A stretch of DNA of 64,000 bases from an uncultured virus (IMG/VR IMGVR_UViG_3300050015_000370) (lineage: Duplodnaviria; Heunggongvirae; Uroviricota; Caudoviricetes). Of the stretch, positions 18,248-30,000 are shown one piece after another (positions within the stretch are counted from its first letter, which is position 1; each line of letters begins with the position of its first letter). Where the stretch lies: IMG/VR virus record IMGVR_UViG_3300050015_000370; one strand, written 5' to 3'. The position numbers and the translations under genes are program-made. Below the pieces are notes generated by a model, which worked only from the letters and a program-made list of their open reading frames with translations, did not search any database and had not been told where the DNA came from.

Positions 18248-21200
18248 ATGAAACCAAAATCTTACCTTTTAATTTTTATCTTTGTATTTTATAGTTTTTT
18301 CGGATTTTCACAAGGATATGTCACTTCTCAACAAAAACAAAATTTCAAAAACGAGGTAAAATTCGATATGCCTCCGTCGGCTCCTAACGCAACAAAACCA
18401 TTTGATTTGGTAAATCTCCAATTATTGAATCAAACAATACAGAATGCTATAATAAATTCTGGATCAGGAACAGTAAATTTTGTAGGTCTTACAACTCCAG
18501 CTGGATTAAATGTCAGCATCCCCCAAATAACAACAACAGGAACATTTAACATAACATTTGCAAATGGATATTCATTACCCACAAATGCTATGCAAGCTAA
18601 TTGGAATACAGCATTTGGGTGGGGTAATCCGGCAGGATTATATAAACCAATTTCATATGTACCTATTTGGTCTGAAATAACTTCGAATCCATTTTTATTT
18701 TCATCTCCTCTTGATAATCAAATTTTAAAATATAGTACATCATCGGGAAAATGGTTAAATTGGACACCTACATTTGAACCAGGAATTTCAGGCGGAACAG
18801 TAACACAATACTGGAGAGGTGATAAAACATGGCAAACATTGCCAACTTCATTGCCTGCATCAGATGTTTACGCTTGGGCTAAGGCAAGTGTCAAACCAAC
18901 TTATACATATAGTGAAGTTGGAGCTGCTCCTTCATCTACTGTTTCCTTTCCTGGTTTTGGTACAACAAATGTGTTAGCTGCTGCGGGAAATGATTCAAGA
19001 ATTTTAAATGGACAAACAGCATTCGAATGGGGAAATCATGCATCTGCAGGGTATGTTACCGGTACGCCATGGACCAGCATGGGTTATATAACCGGGATAA
19101 CAAGTGGTAATGTTACTACAGCTTTGGGTTTTACTCCTTACAACGCAACTAACCCTGCCGGATATACAAGTAACCTTGGTACTGTAACATCTGTCGGATC
19201 AGGATTGGGATTGACAGGTACGGTAACTACTTCAGGAACTTTAGCGTTAGATACAGCAAATGTTACAGTTTTATCTAGACAAAGAGCGTCTAACACATAT
19301 CAGTTGAAGGGAAATTATGTTACAGGGACTCCATGGACAAGTATGGGCTATCTAACATCAATATCTAGTGGAAACGTAACAACTGCATTAGGTTTTACAC
19401 CATATAATTCAACAAACCCAAATGGGTATAACACAGGTACTGTAACAAGTATAACTAAAGGTTTAGGAATGATAGCTGGCACAATTTCCACAAGTGGATC
19501 TGTCGCGTTGGACACAACAGATGTTACAGTATTGTCTAGACAAAGAGCTGCAAATACATATCAAACTAAGGGATCATTTGTTCCGACAACTAGAACCGTG
19601 AACACTTTAGCATTATCCAGCAATATAGTTTTGACACCTGATAATTTAGATGATGCAGCCACTGCGCATAAATTCGTGTCAGCTTCGGATATTATAAATT
19701 GGAATGGAAAGGGAACTGGCACAGTGAGTTCCCTTACGACAAATTATGATTATGGTGCCGCCACATTAGTAGGTGGAGTTCTAAATATACCTAATTATGG
19801 TGTAAATGGAACTACCTGGAGCGGTATTATTGGTGGATCCTCGGCACCGGTCGGGAATACAACAATAGGTACGGGTACATCCGTACAGTGGATTTATACA
19901 GATGCAACACCGTCAGTGTATACATTACCTGATGCCGCAACGAATTCAAACAGGTCAATATTTTTTAAAAATAGAGGTTCTTCAACATTAACAATACAAA
20001 GAGCCGGAACAGATAATATTTATGATAATTCCTTAGTTACTTCAATAGTATTGAATCCAGGTGAAAGTAGATTATTGATGAGTGCATTTAATATTTGGAA
20101 TGTCTATGAAAAACCAAATACAGGAACAGTTACAAACATTTCAACAGGTCTTGGATTAAGTGGTGGACCTATAAGTACATCCGGCACGGTTTTACTTGAT
20201 ACAGCAAATGTCACGGTTTTATCAAGACAACGTGCTGCAAATACATATCAAGTTAAATTACTATCTGCGACTAACATTAAAACCATCAACGGCACATCAG
20301 TTCTAGGAAGTGGTGATATATCCACTACAGGTTCTATGATATACCCATCCGTAGGTATTCCTCTTTCAACCGGTTCTGCATGGTCAACATCAATAACTAA
20401 TAATTCTGCAAATTGGAACACTGCTTTTGGATGGGGCAATCATGCCTCAGCAGGTTATGTCACAGGAACACCATGGACAGGAATGGGTTATATAACAGGG
20501 ATAACAAGCGGTAATGTTACTACAGCTTTGGGTTTTACTCCTTACAACGCGACAAACCCAAATGGATACACAAGCAACCTTGGTACGGTTACATCAGTTG
20601 GTTCTGGTCTTGGATTAACGGGTTCTGTAAGTACATCAGGTAATTTAGCGTTAGATACAACAAATGTTACAGTTTTATCTAGACAAAGAGCGTCTAACAC
20701 ATATCAGACAAAATTAGGTTTTACACCTTACAATGCTACAAACCCAAGTGGATATATTTCTTCAATTACAAGTGGTAATGTTACTACAGCTTTGGGTTTT
20801 ACTCCTTACAACGCAACTAACCCTGCCGGATATACAAGCAATTTAGGAACTGTTACTTCAGTTGGTTCAGGATTAGGTTTGACTGGTTCAGTGACAACAT
20901 CTGGTAATTTAGCATTAGACACAACAAATGTAACAGTTTTATCTAGACAAAGAGCGGCCAATACTTACCAAACAAAACTTGGATTTACACCATATAATTC
21001 AACAAACCCAAATGGGTACAACACTGGTACAGTGACAAGCATAACGAAAGGTCTTGGTATGGTAGCTGGCACAATTTCTACAACTGGGTCGGTAGCGTTA
21101 GACACAACAGACGTAACTGTATTGTCTAGACAACGTGCTGCAAATACATATCAAGTTAAATTAATATCCGCATCAAACATTAAAACTATCAACGGTACAA

Positions 21201-22708
21201 CAATTTTAGGAAGTGGTGATATTACAACAAGTGGATCTATGGTGTATCCTGGTGTAGGAATTCCTCTTTCGACTGGTTCAGCATGGGGTACGTCAATCAC
21301 AAATAATTCAGCAAATTGGAATAGCGCGTATACTAATACATTGCATTGGGACGGTAGCTCTACAGGATTAACCGCAGCAACAGGACGCACATCATTAGGT
21401 TTAGGAACTGCGGCACAGAATGCTACTGGAGATTTTGCTCCGGTTGCCCATGTTGGTTCTAGCGGTGCTTCACACGCTGCAGTAACAACATCAGTTAACG
21501 GGTTCATGATCGCCGCCGACAAATCTAAGTTGGACGGTATCGCAGCAGGTGCAACTGCGAATGTAGGTACAGTAACATCAACATCAGTTGCTTCAGCAAA
21601 TGGTTTTGCGGGAACTGTCGTCACAGCAACTACCACGCCTGCCATCACAATTTCTACTTCAATTACCGGATTGATAAAAGGCAATGGCACAGCAATTTCT
21701 GCTGCTGGTGCAGGAACAGATTATTTAACTCCATCTGGTTCAGCGGCATCCTTAACTTCATTTCCTACATTTAACCAAAATACAACTGGTTACGCGGCAA
21801 ATTTATCTGGTGGTGTTGGCGGTCAAATATTATATCAATCAGCATCAAACACCACATCTAAATTAGGTAATGGTACTGCAGGTCAAATACTTCAATCACA
21901 AGGTACAACACTTTCACCTATATGGGCAGATAATACAGGAAGTGGTGCAAATGCCGCCGGAACATATATTGTAAAAACTGCTACAAATGCGCCTGCGAAT
22001 GCTCAGATATTAGCTTCTCTTTCAACTGGTCTTGTAAAAAATACAACTTCGACAGGAGTTTTATCTATTGCTATACCACGAACAGATTATCTTGCTCCAT
22101 CAGATACACTCCCAATTAGTAATTATATTAATGGAGCCAACACTTTGGCATCTGGAAAAATTGCTGTATTAAGAGGAGATAGTTCAGTTGTTACTTTGAG
22201 TGGTGGTAGCACAGGTCAAGCTGTTATAAAACAAGCTGATGGTACAGTAGCTTTTGGTACTGTTTCAGGCGTAACCCGTTCATATGTATCTTGTACAGCT
22301 GATAGGTCAACATCTTCAACAACATTGGTAGATATACCGGATTTATCATTATCATTAGCTGCAAGTTCAACATATTATGTTGAATTTGGATTGATGGTTG
22401 CTGTAAGCGCGGATGTAAATGGCGCAGGATTTGGTATAAATCTAAGCAGCGTAACAGGAGCAACTATAGCTGGAGTATTGAGTGGTTCATGTGCAGCAAA
22501 TAGAACAACAACACAAAGACTTAATACATTCAACACTGGAGGAAATGATTTCTTTTTAATAGCGTCCCAAACCGGAGGTATAACTTTTCGTGGTTTAATC
22601 ACAACAGGAACAACCGCTCCTACATTGACTGTAAAATTTTTACATGGTCCTTCAGCTGGAACCACGACAGTTAACTTAGGATCTTTTGTAATTGCAACTA
22701 AATTTTAA
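18248..22708 (+). CDS. Repeat-rich fibre/adhesin-like protein with an N-terminal signal peptide
   Basis: G/T/S-rich; 6x LDT..VTVLSRQRA.NTYQ, 6x LGFTPYN.TNP.GY, GTVTS repeats, GFM.A.DK.KLDGI fibre motif; MKPKSYLLIFIFVFYSFFGFS-Q N-terminus. Confidence 0.7.
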   Translation: MKPKSYLLIFIFVFYSFFGFSQGYVTSQQKQNFKNEVKFDMPPSAPNATKPFDLVNLQLLNQTIQNAIINSGSGTVNFVGLTTPAGLNVSIPQITTTGTFNITFANGYSLPTNAMQANWNTAFGWGNPAGLYKPISYVPIWSEITSNPFLFSSPLDNQILKYSTSSGKWLNWTPTFEPGISGGTVTQYWRGDKTWQTLPTSLPASDVYAWAKASVKPTYTYSEVGAAPSSTVSFPGFGTTNVLAAAGNDSRILNGQTAFEWGNHASAGYVTGTPWTSMGYITGITSGNVTTALGFTPYNATNPAGYTSNLGTVTSVGSGLGLTGTVTTSGTLALDTANVTVLSRQRASNTYQLKGNYVTGTPWTSMGYLTSISSGNVTTALGFTPYNSTNPNGYNTGTVTSITKGLGMIAGTISTSGSVALDTTDVTVLSRQRAANTYQTKGSFVPTTRTVNTLALSSNIVLTPDNLDDAATAHKFVSASDIINWNGKGTGTVSSLTTNYDYGAATLVGGVLNIPNYGVNGTTWSGIIGGSSAPVGNTTIGTGTSVQWIYTDATPSVYTLPDAATNSNRSIFFKNRGSSTLTIQRAGTDNIYDNSLVTSIVLNPGESRLLMSAFNIWNVYEKPNTGTVTNISTGLGLSGGPISTSGTVLLDTANVTVLSRQRAANTYQVKLLSATNIKTINGTSVLGSGDISTTGSMIYPSVGIPLSTGSAWSTSITNNSANWNTAFGWGNHASAGYVTGTPWTGMGYITGITSGNVTTALGFTPYNATNPNGYTSNLGTVTSVGSGLGLTGSVSTSGNLALDTTNVTVLSRQRASNTYQTKLGFTPYNATNPSGYISSITSGNVTTALGFTPYNATNPAGYTSNLGTVTSVGSGLGLTGSVTTSGNLALDTTNVTVLSRQRAANTYQTKLGFTPYNSTNPNGYNTGTVTSITKGLGMVAGTISTTGSVALDTTDVTVLSRQRAANTYQVKLISASNIKTINGTTILGSGDITTSGSMVYPGVGIPLSTGSAWGTSITNNSANWNSAYTNTLHWDGSSTGLTAATGRTSLGLGTAAQNATGDFAPVAHVGSSGASHAAVTTSVNGFMIAADKSKLDGIAAGATANVGTVTSTSVASANGFAGTVVTATTTPAITISTSITGLIKGNGTAISAAGAGTDYLTPSGSAASLTSFPTFNQNTTGYAANLSGGVGGQILYQSASNTTSKLGNGTAGQILQSQGTTLSPIWADNTGSGANAAGTYIVKTATNAPANAQILASLSTGLVKNTTSTGVLSIAIPRTDYLAPSDTLPISNYINGANTLASGKIAVLRGDSSVVTLSGGSTGQAVIKQADGTVAFGTVSGVTRSYVSCTADRSTSSTTLVDIPDLSLSLAASSTYYVEFGLMVAVSADVNGAGFGINLSSVTGATIAGVLSGSCAANRTTTQRLNTFNTGGNDFFLIASQTGGITFRGLITTGTTAPTLTVKFLHGPSAGTTTVNLGSFVIATKF

Positions 22709-22714
22709 AAAATT

Positions 22715-24289
22715 ATGAAAAAATTAATTATTCTCTTAATTTTATTATTATGCTTTTCTTTAGCATATTCAACTGACTATTATGTTGCAAAAACTGGTAA
22801 TGATAGTCCAAATACTGGCACTTTAGCATCACCATTTCTAACAATAGTGAAGGGTTTATCGATGGCAACATCACCGGGTGATGTTGTATATGTAAAAGCC
22901 GGTACTTATTCCGAATACGTTCGCTTCTTTAATTCTGGCACATCTGGAAATCCTATCACATTATCCAACTACGGAACCGATATAGTGACAGTTGACGCCC
23001 TTTCTACAAATGTTTACTGTGTATATTCCTTAGCTCAAAGTTTTATAACTATTAAAGGTATAAGATGTAAAGATGCAACTAGTTACATTATAAATTTTGA
23101 AAATTGTCATGATATAATCATTGATGAATGTTGGGCAACTAATACAACAAAACAAGCATCAGTACAATGTATAATGCTTGATAATGGTTATGATGGAACT
23201 ACAAGATACAACAATTATTTAATACGGAATTGCACAACAATGAATGGTGATAGAGGTATAGCTATCTGGAACAATGTATCTTATGCAACTGTACAGGGTG
23301 GAGAACATTCTTACAATAATGTCAATGTAGCTGTTGGTGGTGGTTATCCATTAAATAATGCAACTAAACCTACATATATAACCATTGATGGAGTAACTGC
23401 ACATCATAGTGTTACATCAAATATAGGAACTGAAAACAATTCAGATGTAACAATTAAAAATTGTTGGTCTTATAATGCGGGAGCAACAGGTATCCAAATC
23501 GAAACGGATTCATCAAATGCAACAGTTGAAAATAATTTATGCGAAGACAATAGTAGGACCTGGGAATATGAAACGGGTATATGGATTTATAATTCAGCCA
23601 ATGCGATAGTTAGAAGAAATATTTTAAGAAGAAATCAAACAGGTTTGCGAATAGGAAATGCCAGTAATTTTCAAGCTTATTATAATTTAATAGTAGATAA
23701 CTTTCATCAACCTACAAGTGCACCAACCACTCATAATACCAGTGGTGTAGACTTTAAACAATCAACAGGAACTTTTTATAATAACACGCTTGTAAATAAC
23801 TGTTATCTAGGAAGTAGTTTGAGTTCAATATTTGTTTATGCAACAGGAACATGCACTGTAAATATTAAAAATAATATTGTTTATAATGATCAGTCAGATA
23901 AGGATATTGTGTTTGAACAAGCGACAACGAGTGATTATAATTTAGTCTATAATGGAAATAGGACAATAAATATAGTAAATGGAGTTACATCATATACTTG
24001 GGCAGCTTATAAATCAGCAACAGGTCAAGATTCACATTCATTAAATGTTAATCCTACATTTGTTAGTAGTTCTGATTTTCAATTACAATCAACTTCTACT
24101 GCTATAAATGCAGGTGTAAATGTAGGATTAACTACAGATATTTTAAAAAATTCTATTGTTGGTTTACCTGATATTGGTGCTTATGAGTATGGAACAGCTC
24201 CAAGTGGTAATTCAAAAGATTGGAAAAAGAATTTAAGAATTGTCACACATAAACATCCTATTGTTGCTCACGGAAAACCTATTTATTAA
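22715..24289 (+). CDS. Secreted right-handed parallel beta-helix protein (pectin-lyase fold, DUF1565-like N-terminus)
   Basis: Signal peptide, YYVAKTGND..GT...PF.TI, PGDVVYVKAGTY, N-rich helix repeats, C-terminal DIGAYE. Confidence 0.75.
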   Translation: MKKLIILLILLLCFSLAYSTDYYVAKTGNDSPNTGTLASPFLTIVKGLSMATSPGDVVYVKAGTYSEYVRFFNSGTSGNPITLSNYGTDIVTVDALSTNVYCVYSLAQSFITIKGIRCKDATSYIINFENCHDIIIDECWATNTTKQASVQCIMLDNGYDGTTRYNNYLIRNCTTMNGDRGIAIWNNVSYATVQGGEHSYNNVNVAVGGGYPLNNATKPTYITIDGVTAHHSVTSNIGTENNSDVTIKNCWSYNAGATGIQIETDSSNATVENNLCEDNSRTWEYETGIWIYNSANAIVRRNILRRNQTGLRIGNASNFQAYYNLIVDNFHQPTSAPTTHNTSGVDFKQSTGTFYNNTLVNNCYLGSSLSSIFVYATGTCTVNIKNNIVYNDQSDKDIVFEQATTSDYNLVYNGNRTINIVNGVTSYTWAAYKSATGQDSHSLNVNPTFVSSSDFQLQSTSTAINAGVNVGLTTDILKNSIVGLPDIGAYEYGTAPSGNSKDWKKNLRIVTHKHPIVAHGKPIY

Positions 24290-24306
24290 AATAAAAATAA
24301 CCTATT

Positions 24307-24618
24307 ATGAAAACAAAAGAGAATTATTTTTTAGTGCTTGGCGCTATAGTAACAGTTGGTTTCGTTTTAACTTTACTGTTTATGTTGTGGAAAGGCGGAG
24401 ATACGACCATTTTAAGCTTGATGGTTGGTGCCTTGGTAAGTAAATTTGGAACAATAATTGATTATGGGTTCGGAAGTAGCAAATCAAGTGCATCAAAGGA
24501 TGAAACTATCGGAAATCTTATACAAAATGCACCTGATCCTAATTTGACACCTCTAAATTCTGAGACTGTGTCAACAACATCATCAGCTTCAACAACAACA
24601 TCATCATCTATAAATTAA
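24307..24618 (+). CDS. Small two-TM membrane protein, holin-like
   Basis: Two hydrophobic helices followed by DY.FGSS..S..KD.TI. Confidence 0.5.
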   Translation: MKTKENYFLVLGAIVTVGFVLTLLFMLWKGGDTTILSLMVGALVSKFGTIIDYGFGSSKSSASKDETIGNLIQNAPDPNLTPLNSETVSTTSSASTTTSSSIN

Positions 24619-24672
24619 TTGTCATTATGTTGGCCAGTATTTCAAAGATATTTTAAGGCGTGTCATTTTTAA

Positions 24673-24680
24673 GATATATA
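24673..24680 (+). promoter_or_regulatory. Putative late promoter GATATATA
   Basis: Recurrent octamer upstream of ATG 24732. Confidence 0.5.
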
Positions 24681-24731
24681 ATCAAACGGTCAGTTATCTG
24701 TCCATTAAACATCTTAAAATATTTTTGAAAT

Positions 24732-27023
24732 ATGAACAACGTTAATTCTTTCACTGAGACAACCAACAATTTAGTATTAGGGATCAATAAATCTCTTGAA
24801 ACCCTTGTCGCTATTAATAAAAGTTTAACAACCCAAGAAGATACCGTTCAATTGTCTATCATGGAGGTTAATCCTTTTACAGGAGACCCTTCTCTTGTAA
24901 ATTATTCTTTACCATCATATAATAAAGTTCTATCTAAATTAGGAACATTAACAAACTCGATGGAAACTTTTATCAAAGGAGAAGGAAAGGTCCTACTTAA
25001 TGATGGAAGTTATAGAGAGGTAAAGGTCATTCCTATAGCGATTTCTCCCGAAAAGATAACTAATGTAACACCCCCTACAAAATTTAAAACAAGATCAAAT
25101 TGGTTTTTTGAATCCATGATGTTTCCACAACTCATAGTTTCATTTGATCTTAAAAATAAAATTGATGATCGTTCTGACAGGGTTGTTGTAAAAAGAGTCA
25201 TACTTGATAATACATTAGATTCTGACACAACTTGGTTTAAATTAAATATACAGAACGCAATTAAACCATTTACATATTATGATCTTATAAATTATTATAA
25301 TATTAATGGTAAAAATTACTGGGAGGATGAAGAAATCCAAGAGCTTCCACTTTACGTTGAACCTTACAATGGTTATTTTTTAATAACAAACAAACAAACA
25401 ATAGATTTTAAGGAATGGTTTTTCATTGATTCGTTAAACTACGGTGCTACTTTAGATTCTCCAACAATAAAAAATATTCAATTGAATGTAGGTAATTATT
25501 TACGTTATAATAATTCAACTTGGAAGATCGATAACATAAATGTGTCAGAGAAAAGAATATTGTTAACCCCTGTTGTAGGTTTAGATTATCCTACTATAGG
25601 AAATAGGTTCGAAATATACAATCCTCCATTTAGTTCAAAGATTTTAAACATTCCAGTTGGCTATAATGAATGTGAAAGTATATTCATAAAGGGCATCAAT
25701 GATGATTACAACATCATATCGGATGAATGGAGCGATTCAATATCATTTTTTAGTAACGAACTTACAGTTGAAGGTCAGACACCAAGTATAACTTTGGATA
25801 CATACTACAATAATTTCGTAAGTGATTTTGGCATACAGTTAGAAGGTATGGCTAGGGAAAAATATATCCCTGCGTATCTTGGTGTGATTCCAGATGCGCC
25901 CGTGTTTACTTCCTCTAACTTTAGTGTATCACAAATAAATACTCAACTCAATGCATCTCTTGATGTAAATGTAGTTAAAACTACACAAACACAGATTGAA
26001 ACAACAAAAACTATCGTAAATAGTTTGAAAAATACAATATCACAACAGAAGAAAGAATTGGTGGAATTGAGAGATAGCACCGCAAGACAATCTCTTCAGG
26101 AAAAAATAAATGTCAATATAAATGATCTTTCAAAAAGAACAGTAGAATATCAATCTTTGGTTAGATCCTTATCTACTTTAGCCTATGAAAATTCAGCTGT
26201 TTTAACATCACCAAAATATAGGATACGTGGTTTTTTTGAAATTCCATCAGGAAAGACACAAGCAAATGATTCAACATCTAAAATTCAAGAGATCATTCAA
26301 TTTGAAATTGCCTATAGGTATCTTAAATTAGATAACACCGGAACTTCTCTTAATACATATACACACACTGACGCAAGTACAGGTCAGACGGTTACAGGAG
26401 TTTTCACGGATTGGACAATTGTTTCTACACCGATAAAACAAAAAACTTATGATGCTGCTTCAAACACATATTCTTGGTCGGAACCAAGTGTGTCAGACGG
26501 GACCATAACAAATATCAATCAGTTAGACATTCCTATACAACGAGGAGAAAAAGTGCAGATTAAGATTAAATCTGTTTCAGAGGCAGGTTGGCCTTTAAAT
26601 CCTGTAAAATCTGATTGGTCAAAGGAGATCATCGTTGATTTTCCTGCAAACCTTAGTTCTAATGATCAGTTAACAAATATATTAACTGATGCTATAACTG
26701 AAGAAAATTCAATAAAGTTAACAGAAACATTGGCCGCATCAGGTATGACGTCTCATATATCTGACAGTGTTCCAAATCCTAGCGCAGCTGATGGTGTATA
26801 TTTTAAACACCAAGCAAATTTCATAGCTGTTAATAAAAAAGGTATAAATAGTGAATATACAACCGATCTACAAAGTTATATAGAAAAATTAGGAGATAAT
26901 ACGTTAGTAACAATTTCAAATGCTGGTGTAACTTACACTGTGCCTTTAAATATAGTTGTCTCTGAAATTCTTGCAAAAATACCCGGATTTGATTTTTCTG
27001 TATTTTCTATGTACACAATTTAA
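24732..27023 (+). CDS. Hypothetical structural protein with a central coiled coil
   Basis: 763-aa ORF; heptad region around TTQTQIETTKTIVNSLKNTISQQKKEL. Confidence 0.6.
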   Translation: MNNVNSFTETTNNLVLGINKSLETLVAINKSLTTQEDTVQLSIMEVNPFTGDPSLVNYSLPSYNKVLSKLGTLTNSMETFIKGEGKVLLNDGSYREVKVIPIAISPEKITNVTPPTKFKTRSNWFFESMMFPQLIVSFDLKNKIDDRSDRVVVKRVILDNTLDSDTTWFKLNIQNAIKPFTYYDLINYYNINGKNYWEDEEIQELPLYVEPYNGYFLITNKQTIDFKEWFFIDSLNYGATLDSPTIKNIQLNVGNYLRYNNSTWKIDNINVSEKRILLTPVVGLDYPTIGNRFEIYNPPFSSKILNIPVGYNECESIFIKGINDDYNIISDEWSDSISFFSNELTVEGQTPSITLDTYYNNFVSDFGIQLEGMAREKYIPAYLGVIPDAPVFTSSNFSVSQINTQLNASLDVNVVKTTQTQIETTKTIVNSLKNTISQQKKELVELRDSTARQSLQEKINVNINDLSKRTVEYQSLVRSLSTLAYENSAVLTSPKYRIRGFFEIPSGKTQANDSTSKIQEIIQFEIAYRYLKLDNTGTSLNTYTHTDASTGQTVTGVFTDWTIVSTPIKQKTYDAASNTYSWSEPSVSDGTITNINQLDIPIQRGEKVQIKIKSVSEAGWPLNPVKSDWSKEIIVDFPANLSSNDQLTNILTDAITEENSIKLTETLAASGMTSHISDSVPNPSAADGVYFKHQANFIAVNKKGINSEYTTDLQSYIEKLGDNTLVTISNAGVTYTVPLNIVVSEILAKIPGFDFSVFSMYTI

Positions 27024-27042
27024 TTAGTCTAAAATATTTAAT

Positions 27043-30000
27043 ATGATAGTAAATTTTAATAATGATCTTGTTTTAACATCACAAAATCCTGAAGCCATAA
27101 TGACATTTGAAGAATCAAATGTTACAAGATATGTTGTACCATTTTATGATAGTAATGCGTGCACTCAAAAATTATGGATAAACGGTATAAGAGATTGTAA
27201 TTTAGTACCTACTTCCCAAACATTCACAGCAGCGTTTGATTCTTCGGAAGTTAATTTAGAGGAATTTGTCATATTCAACGGTATTTTATATGCAGCAACT
27301 AGCATTCCTGGAAATATATATCGGTTCAATGGTTTAACATGGGAGGATGTTTATCCTTCAACATCTGAAGGTGAAATACGTTCACTTGCAGTTTACAACG
27401 GTGTTCTTTACGCAGGAACAGCAACTAATTGTAGAGTGATGAGTTCTGTTGATGGTGTAAATTGGACAGTATCATTTGATGGTGGAAGTTTAGATACTCA
27501 CGTTGTATCTTTATGTGTATATAATGGCCTTCTATATGCCGGTTTAGGTATGTTAGGAGAAATATATGAATTTAATGGAACAACATGGACTCAAATTGGT
27601 AGTGTATCAGGTATGCCCCTATCAATGAAAGTTTTTAACGGTCTTTTATACATTGGCACTTACAACCCTTCAGATTTATACACATTTGACGGCACTACAA
27701 TAGTGAATTTATCGATAGCAACTCTTACTTCACACCCAGTAACACATATAGGGGCTATGGAAATTTATAAAAATAATCTTTATATAGGAGCAACAGATGA
27801 AGCAACAACCACAACATATGTTTTCATGTTTGATGGAAATGTATGGACAACAGTTCGTATAGGATCTGAAAATTATATACATTCAATGGGGTTATTTGAT
27901 GGAAATTTAGTCATCGGAACCCAAACGTCCACCAATGGAACCGTTATTAAATATGATGGGACTACATGGACAGAAATATATACTGCAGGAGGGTCCGCAA
28001 TATATGGGTTATTAGCATATAGAGATAAACTTTATATTGGTACAAATGGAGTTAAAATTATCGTAGCAACAACCTCATCAAACACGAGTGTTGGAGTCAA
28101 AATAACACCAAGTAGTAAATCAGCAGCATTTCATATATTCACAAATAGCATTGAAGATTTTCAGACTACATTAAAATTTAAGATATATGATGCAAATTTT
28201 GTTGATGTCTTGGATACTTATAGCATCGATATCATAAATCGTCCATTTATAATCGATTCTTCGAAGATGAGTACATATGATAGTGATAATCAAATAATTG
28301 ATAATCAAAATTCATTCATGCTTTTGAGATCTAATCCAAAATTCGCCGGTAATATAAAGTTAGTTGTTGATTCAAGTAATAATCTTTTTCTTGACACATT
28401 TAAAGTTTCCGATATTTTATCAAATAAAAAATACCGCAAACAACAAGTATCTGCTAATTCTGGTTTTTCATCAGATATAAGGACTGTCTTTAGCTCTCTT
28501 CCCTTAGGAGAAATGTACAAGGTAGATAAGGACGATGTATTAAATGTATCCATCCCTAAATCTGAATTAGACAAACAATATTCAACAACATATAATTATG
28601 GCGCTAGAATGTTGGATGATGATCTATATGATGAAGAATATTCAATATTAGCTCCATTATGGATTGATGCTAAACTCCCAGATTATTTTTGTGTTTTTAG
28701 AATAAATGGGTCATATAATGACGAATCATACGGTGCAACTGGCTCTATTTTTGATAATTTTGCATCTAAATATATTTCAACTTCCAGTCTTTCGAAATCA
28801 TGGAGTCTAAAAAGTAATGCTGATTTAGGAGTATATTTAAAAAACCACATAGATGAATTTAAAAATGTAAAAGCACCTGTACAGCTTTCATTAGATGAAT
28901 ATATTGAAAATACTTGGTATGGAATAGCAATAGATAAGGGTATTGTAACAGGACGTTCTGAAACACCATACCTTTTCAATAAAACATTCGGTAATTTTAC
29001 AGATACAAATGCATTTGTATCTGGAGGTTTCGAAAGAAATAATTTATTGTGTGCAAATTTAATAAATCTTGAATACGCGTTTAATGATAAAGATGTAAGT
29101 ACGTATAGTATGCATAGATATTTCGGACTCTATCTCACAGAAAATCCATTATATAGCATATCTCATTATAACGAAACTCCAACAAGTGACATCCAAATAT
29201 TATCTTTGGACGGAAAGAATTCGTCAATATTCTTAAATTCTATGATTTTTAATCAATCAACAGGAGATATATCTGAAGATTTTTCAAATAGAATATTTAT
29301 TCTCAATGATGGTAAGAATTTGTCACGTATAACAAATAAATCTCAAATTTTATCAAATGAAATAACTAACCGTTCAGATACAAATATTTTTTCTGCAGTC
29401 GTTAAAAAGGAAAAAAATAACGGTTTTGTAAGTTTGACATTAGAAAATAAATTACAAAAAGGCGAACACTTAAGAGTCATAAACATTACAAAAAATATAA
29501 TATGGGAGGTTTATAGTATTGACAGTTCATTGATACATGCAGGAGAATCTTGGCCATATGCAAGCACATATTCACCAAATGGTTTAGAAATAGTATATAG
29601 AACATGTTTTTCATCTCTAGGAAGCATATCTGAACAGGTAATTGCTATATCTAAAGCATTTACATTATTTCAGGATTATGATGTTGACTGTCAATTTAGT
29701 GTAGGTATGATAAAAAATGATGGGTTTTCTATCATTACTGATAATTCTGGTGATCAATTCTTATTTCAAAGGATAACATCTCAAACTCAATCAACACCTA
29801 CATCAAATTTTAACAATGTATATGCATATACGGACATAAAATTATTCGGAGTATATTCACCACTTGAAACTGATTATGCGACCGTACCTATAGATAACAC
29901 ATATGGTCCTATTAACTTTGAACTATTTGGTGATAGGAAAACTTTATATGTTGAATTTTTAAAATTAAATAACAATATATATTCATTTAATTCTATTTTT

